From: an uncultured Gemmatimonadaceae bacterium
Lineage (GTDB): Bacteria > Gemmatimonadota > Gemmatimonadetes > Gemmatimonadales > Gemmatimonadaceae
Length of the DNA stretch: 64,000 nucleotides
NCBI GenBank assembly: GCA_963781585.1
Contig: CAWAGQ010000013.1
Span: 1-64,000, forward strand
Direction of reading: 5' to 3'
The notes beneath the pieces are model-generated. The model did not search any database, was not told where the DNA came from, and worked only from the letters and a program-made list of their open reading frames with translations. This document shows positions 60,700 to 64,000 of this stretch, in pieces. The translations under genes were made by a program, and so were the position numbers. Position 1 is the first letter of the stretch, and each line of letters opens with the position of its first letter.

Positions 60700-61122
60700 T
60701 CAGGCGCTCCGGACGGACACCCGCAGCGTGTCGTCCTCGGCGATCGTGACTTCGCTCACCACCACGCCGGCCCCAAGCGCGCCCTGCACGCGCTCGAAAA
60801 TGAACTGCGCGAGGTTCTCCCCCGTGGGCACCTGCCTGCCCTCGGCGAATTCCGGAACCTCGAGGTTGATGTTGCGGTGGTCGAAACGCTCGATCACCTC
60901 GCGGCGCAGGACGTCGTCGAGCACCCGCAGATCGACCATCATCCCCGTGACCGGATCCACGTTCCCTTCCACCGTCACCGCGCAGGTGTAGGTGTGCCCG
61001 TGAAAATGGGGGCGGGCGCACTGGCCGAAGACCTCCGTGTTGCGACGATCATCCCACTCCGGCCGCCGATACCGATGCGCCGCGGCGAAGCGGACGGTGC
61101 GGGTGAGAAACGCGGAAGGCAT
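60700..61122 (-). CDS. queD: 6-carboxytetrahydropterin / 6-pyruvoyltetrahydropterin synthase
   Basis: FAAAHR...C...HGHTY, FDHRNIN, TGENLA. Confidence 0.88.
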   Translation of the reverse strand: MPSAFLTRTVRFAAAHRYRRPEWDDRRNTEVFGQCARPHFHGHTYTCAVTVEGNVDPVTGMMVDLRVLDDVLRREVIERFDHRNINLEVPEFAEGRQVPTGENLAQFIFERVQGALGAGVVVSEVTIAEDDTLRVSVRSA

Positions 61123-61157
61123 GCGAGGCATGGCGGCGATCAGGCGCGTCCGCGGCG

Positions 61158-61877
61158 TTAGCGGCGGAACAGATACGATATCCCGATCTGATACGATACG
61201 TTGCGCCGCCACAACGAGCGCGGCTCGTCAGGCAGGCGAACGGGATCGTCCGTTCCGGTCTTGAGGTAGTAGGAGTCCGGGTAGTGGATCCGATAGATGT
61301 AGTTGGACCAGTCGAGCCTCGCCTGCCACCGGTTGCCCGACGGCACCCATTTCAGCCCCGTGCCGAACGTGAACGTCAGCGGAAGGCCGAACCGATACCC
61401 CGCGATGTCGTTCTTCCCCCGAAGGTCACCGACAAAGCCGATCCCGCCGCTCACGACCGGGGCCAGTGAATGCCAGGTCCGGAATCCCGTCAGATTGAGC
61501 GAGAGCGCCGCGTCAACGAAGGTCAGCGGCACGGTCTCCTCGCCCACGATGCGCTGGCCGATCGGCTTGGTGGGATCGAGGATCCGTCGCTTGAGCGCGG
61601 CTCCACCGACCCGCGTCGTCACGTATGCCGGGCCACCAAGGCGAACGTCCCACCGCGTGCCGAAGATCGGACCGCTGCGGGGCGCAATGCCCTCGGGATC
61701 CTTGCGCGCGTCGAAATAGCCGACGAACCAGGTCCACTCCTGCCGGTATTCCAGATCGCGATACGGACTGGTCGCGGGCGTGTGTCCCACCTGCCCGATC
61801 GCGCGGGGCGCAATGGCCACGCACAGTGTCACTGCCAGCCATCCCCTCACCATGCCTCCCTCAATCCGGTGGGTCAC
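61158..61877 (-). CDS. Hypothetical outer-membrane beta-barrel-like protein
   Basis: Signal peptide, alternating beta pattern, ends GISYLFRR. Confidence 0.6.
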   Translation of the reverse strand: MTHRIEGGMVRGWLAVTLCVAIAPRAIGQVGHTPATSPYRDLEYRQEWTWFVGYFDARKDPEGIAPRSGPIFGTRWDVRLGGPAYVTTRVGGAALKRRILDPTKPIGQRIVGEETVPLTFVDAALSLNLTGFRTWHSLAPVVSGGIGFVGDLRGKNDIAGYRFGLPLTFTFGTGLKWVPSGNRWQARLDWSNYIYRIHYPDSYYLKTGTDDPVRLPDEPRSLWRRNVSYQIGISYLFRR

Positions 61878-63408
61878 GAAGGTCCCGCCCAGTCATCTCG
61901 TCAGGTCGGTCGATACCCAGCATCGCCAGCACCGTCGGCCCCACGTCGCGCAACGCACCGCCGGCGCGCAACGGTCGATCGCCGTCAGGGTCCACGACTA
62001 CCAGAGGCACCGGATTGGTGGTGTGCGCCGTGTGTGGTCCACCGGTCTCCGGATCGATCATCGTCTCGCAATTGCCGTGATCGGCGGTAACCAGCACCCG
62101 CACGCCCGCCCGCTCCGCCGAGCGCAGCACTCGGGACAGACACGCGTCCACCGTCTCGACCGCCCGGATCACCGCCGGGAGCACGCCGGTGTGCCCCACC
62201 ATGTCGCAGTTCGCATAGTTACACAGCGTGAAGTCGTATGATCCCCCGTCGATCGACTTGCACAGTACGTCGGTGACTTCGTTCGCCGACATCTCCGGCT
62301 GGAGATCGTAGGTCGCGACCTTCGGGCTGGGCACCAGCAATCGCTCTTCACCGGCGAATGGTACCTCGATGCCGCCGTTGAAGAAGTACGTGACGTGAGG
62401 ATACTTCTCCGTCTCCGCGGTCCGGAACATCGTCATTTGCGCGTCCGAAACGACTTCGGCCACGATCCGCGCCATCGAAAACGGCGGAAACGCAATCGGA
62501 AAGCTGAAGGTCGTGTCGTACGAGGTCATGGTCGCCAGCGTCACCCGCGGACGTCCACTCAGGTCGAAGCCACTGAAGTCGGGGTCCATCATCGCCCGGA
62601 CGATCTGACGCATCCGGTCCGACCGGAAATTGAAGCAGATCACGCCGTCGCCGTCGGTCATAGGGGCGAGCGGACGGCCGTCGGGACCGACCACGACCGC
62701 CGGCGTGATGAACTCATCGGTCTCTCCTCGTGCGTACGCCTGACGAATCGCCTCCACGGGATCGGGGACCGTTGGTCCCACTCCGCGAACCGCGGCATCG
62801 TACCAGCGCTGGATCCGCTCCCAACGCCGGTCGCGATCCATGCCGAAGTACCGCCCCCCGAGACTGGCGATTACCGCACGTCCCTGCGCGCGCGCCACCA
62901 GCTGCTGCATGAAGCCAAGGCCGGAGGTCGGCATGGTGTCGCGACCGTCGACCAAAGCGTGAATCGCGACCCGCCGAACACGCTGCTGCTCGGCCAGATC
63001 CAGCAGCGCGAACAGATGCCGGTCGAGCGCATGCACGCCGCCATTCCCGATCAGCCCCATGAGGTGCAGCGTGCGGTCCTGTTCCCGTACGTGTGCGCAG
63101 ACGTCGAGAAAGGCCCGCCGGGTGAAGAATGACCCGTCGGCTATCGCGTCGCTGATCCGGACGATGTCCTGCTCCACCACGCGGCCGGCGCCGAGGTTGA
63201 GATGTCCCACTTCGCTGTTGCCCATCTGCCCCTCTGGCAGTCCCACCGCCAGACCGGACGCGTCGAGAAGCGTGCCCGGACGGCTCTCCCGAAGTGCGGT
63301 CCAGGTCGGCGTCCGCGCCAGGGCGATCGCGTTCCCCTCCCGCTCTTCGCGATAGCCGAATCCATCCAGGACGACGAGCAGTACCGGGCGCGAAGGGCGG
63401 GAAGCCAT
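61861..63408 (-). CDS. gpmI: 2,3-bisphosphoglycerate-independent phosphoglycerate mutase
   Basis: VLDGFG, GQMGNSEVGH, AETEKYPHVT, DMVGHTG, TADHGN. Confidence 0.96.
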   Translation of the reverse strand: MASRPSRPVLLVVLDGFGYREEREGNAIALARTPTWTALRESRPGTLLDASGLAVGLPEGQMGNSEVGHLNLGAGRVVEQDIVRISDAIADGSFFTRRAFLDVCAHVREQDRTLHLMGLIGNGGVHALDRHLFALLDLAEQQRVRRVAIHALVDGRDTMPTSGLGFMQQLVARAQGRAVIASLGGRYFGMDRDRRWERIQRWYDAAVRGVGPTVPDPVEAIRQAYARGETDEFITPAVVVGPDGRPLAPMTDGDGVICFNFRSDRMRQIVRAMMDPDFSGFDLSGRPRVTLATMTSYDTTFSFPIAFPPFSMARIVAEVVSDAQMTMFRTAETEKYPHVTYFFNGGIEVPFAGEERLLVPSPKVATYDLQPEMSANEVTDVLCKSIDGGSYDFTLCNYANCDMVGHTGVLPAVIRAVETVDACLSRVLRSAERAGVRVLVTADHGNCETMIDPETGGPHTAHTTNPVPLVVVDPDGDRPLRAGGALRDVGPTVLAMLGIDRPDEMTGRDLRDPPD

Positions 63409-63466
63409 CCTTGGTGTGGAAGCGGACCAGACGATAAACTGAGAGGCGGGGACGCCGGTGGAATGT

Positions 63467-64000
63467 ATGCACGCACCAGGAACCGCTCCAGCAACGAAGG
63501 CGAAGTGGCGCATGTTGCGCCGCAATCATCCCAGGATGGTGGCGGCGCTGATGATCATGATTGGCGGCGCGCTGCTGGCAAACGTTGCGCTGGGATCGCA
63601 GCTCCTCCGTTACCGTGGTGAGGTGAGGCGTCTCCGCGCGGGCATGAGCGACGCCGAGCGGCGTCGCGCCGACCTCGTGCTGTCCTCCGAGCAGCATCGC
63701 ATGCGCGTGATGCTCGAACTGGTGCGGCGCCAGGCGCGTGGTGATCGGGACCTGCACCTTGCGGTGGCGGTCGACAGCGGCCGGATGTACCTCGAGCGCG
63801 AGGGCGTGGTGCTGCGGACCATGACGGTCCGCATCGGCCCCGAGCGACTGGTCGGAACTGCTCCTGACACGCTGCGTCTGGTCGCGCCCAGGGGCGCGCG
63901 CACCGTGGCGCGCATTCTTTCTGCGCGCGACGCCTGGGACGTGCCGCCCTGGGTGTTCCAGGAGCGCGGGCTTCCGGTGCCGGACGACCGGCAGCTGAGT
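63467..64000 (+). CDS. Membrane-anchored protein, possibly L,D-transpeptidase-like, 3'-partial
   Basis: Open frame to the window end; transmembrane helix, then LHLAVAVDSGRMYLER...PRGARTV; catalytic motif not visible. Confidence 0.5.
   Translation, partial: MHAPGTAPATKAKWRMLRRNHPRMVAALMIMIGGALLANVALGSQLLRYRGEVRRLRAGMSDAERRRADLVLSSEQHRMRVMLELVRRQARGDRDLHLAVAVDSGRMYLEREGVVLRTMTVRIGPERLVGTAPDTLRLVAPRGARTVARILSARDAWDVPPWVFQERGLPVPDDRQLS

Overview
GC-rich bacterial chromosome segment; gene content and protein style suggest Gemmatimonadota (inference). Single-base frameshifts break many conserved genes (sigma-54 regulator, atpB/atpE/atpF, S9 peptidase), which points to long-read indel errors rather than true pseudogenes. 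Housekeeping blocks: sigma-54 activator, MoxR, the F0+delta half of ATP synthase, sugar nucleotidyltransferase, cstA-S9 peptidase-ybdD and an M20 peptidase, isocitrate dehydrogenase to penicillin acylase, acyl-CoA dehydrogenase, etfBA plus a membrane Fe-S oxidoreductase, Moco genes with dacB, queD and gpmI. Three accessory zones lie between them. (1) 2.3-7.1 kb: an unannotated 15-aa Trp-rich peptide with a near-perfect Shine-Dalgarno, upstream of a membrane HD-GYP protein, then a BTAD/STAND regulator. (2) 14.3-32.4 kb: an integrase-less patchwork with several attC-like sites, four type II toxin-antitoxin pairs plus a RES protein, an IS3, two IS110 relics, a Cys-containing peptide/beta-propeller module, an S1 protease and decayed copies of neighbouring gene 3' ends. 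(3) 43.8-48 kb: a receiver-like/HTH regulator divergent from a lipoprotein with a bacteriocin-like C-terminus and a putative immunity gene. Best candidates for undescribed systems: the peptide/HD-GYP signalling module and the regulator/secreted effector/immunity modules. Rex-type operators precede both the atp and etf operons.
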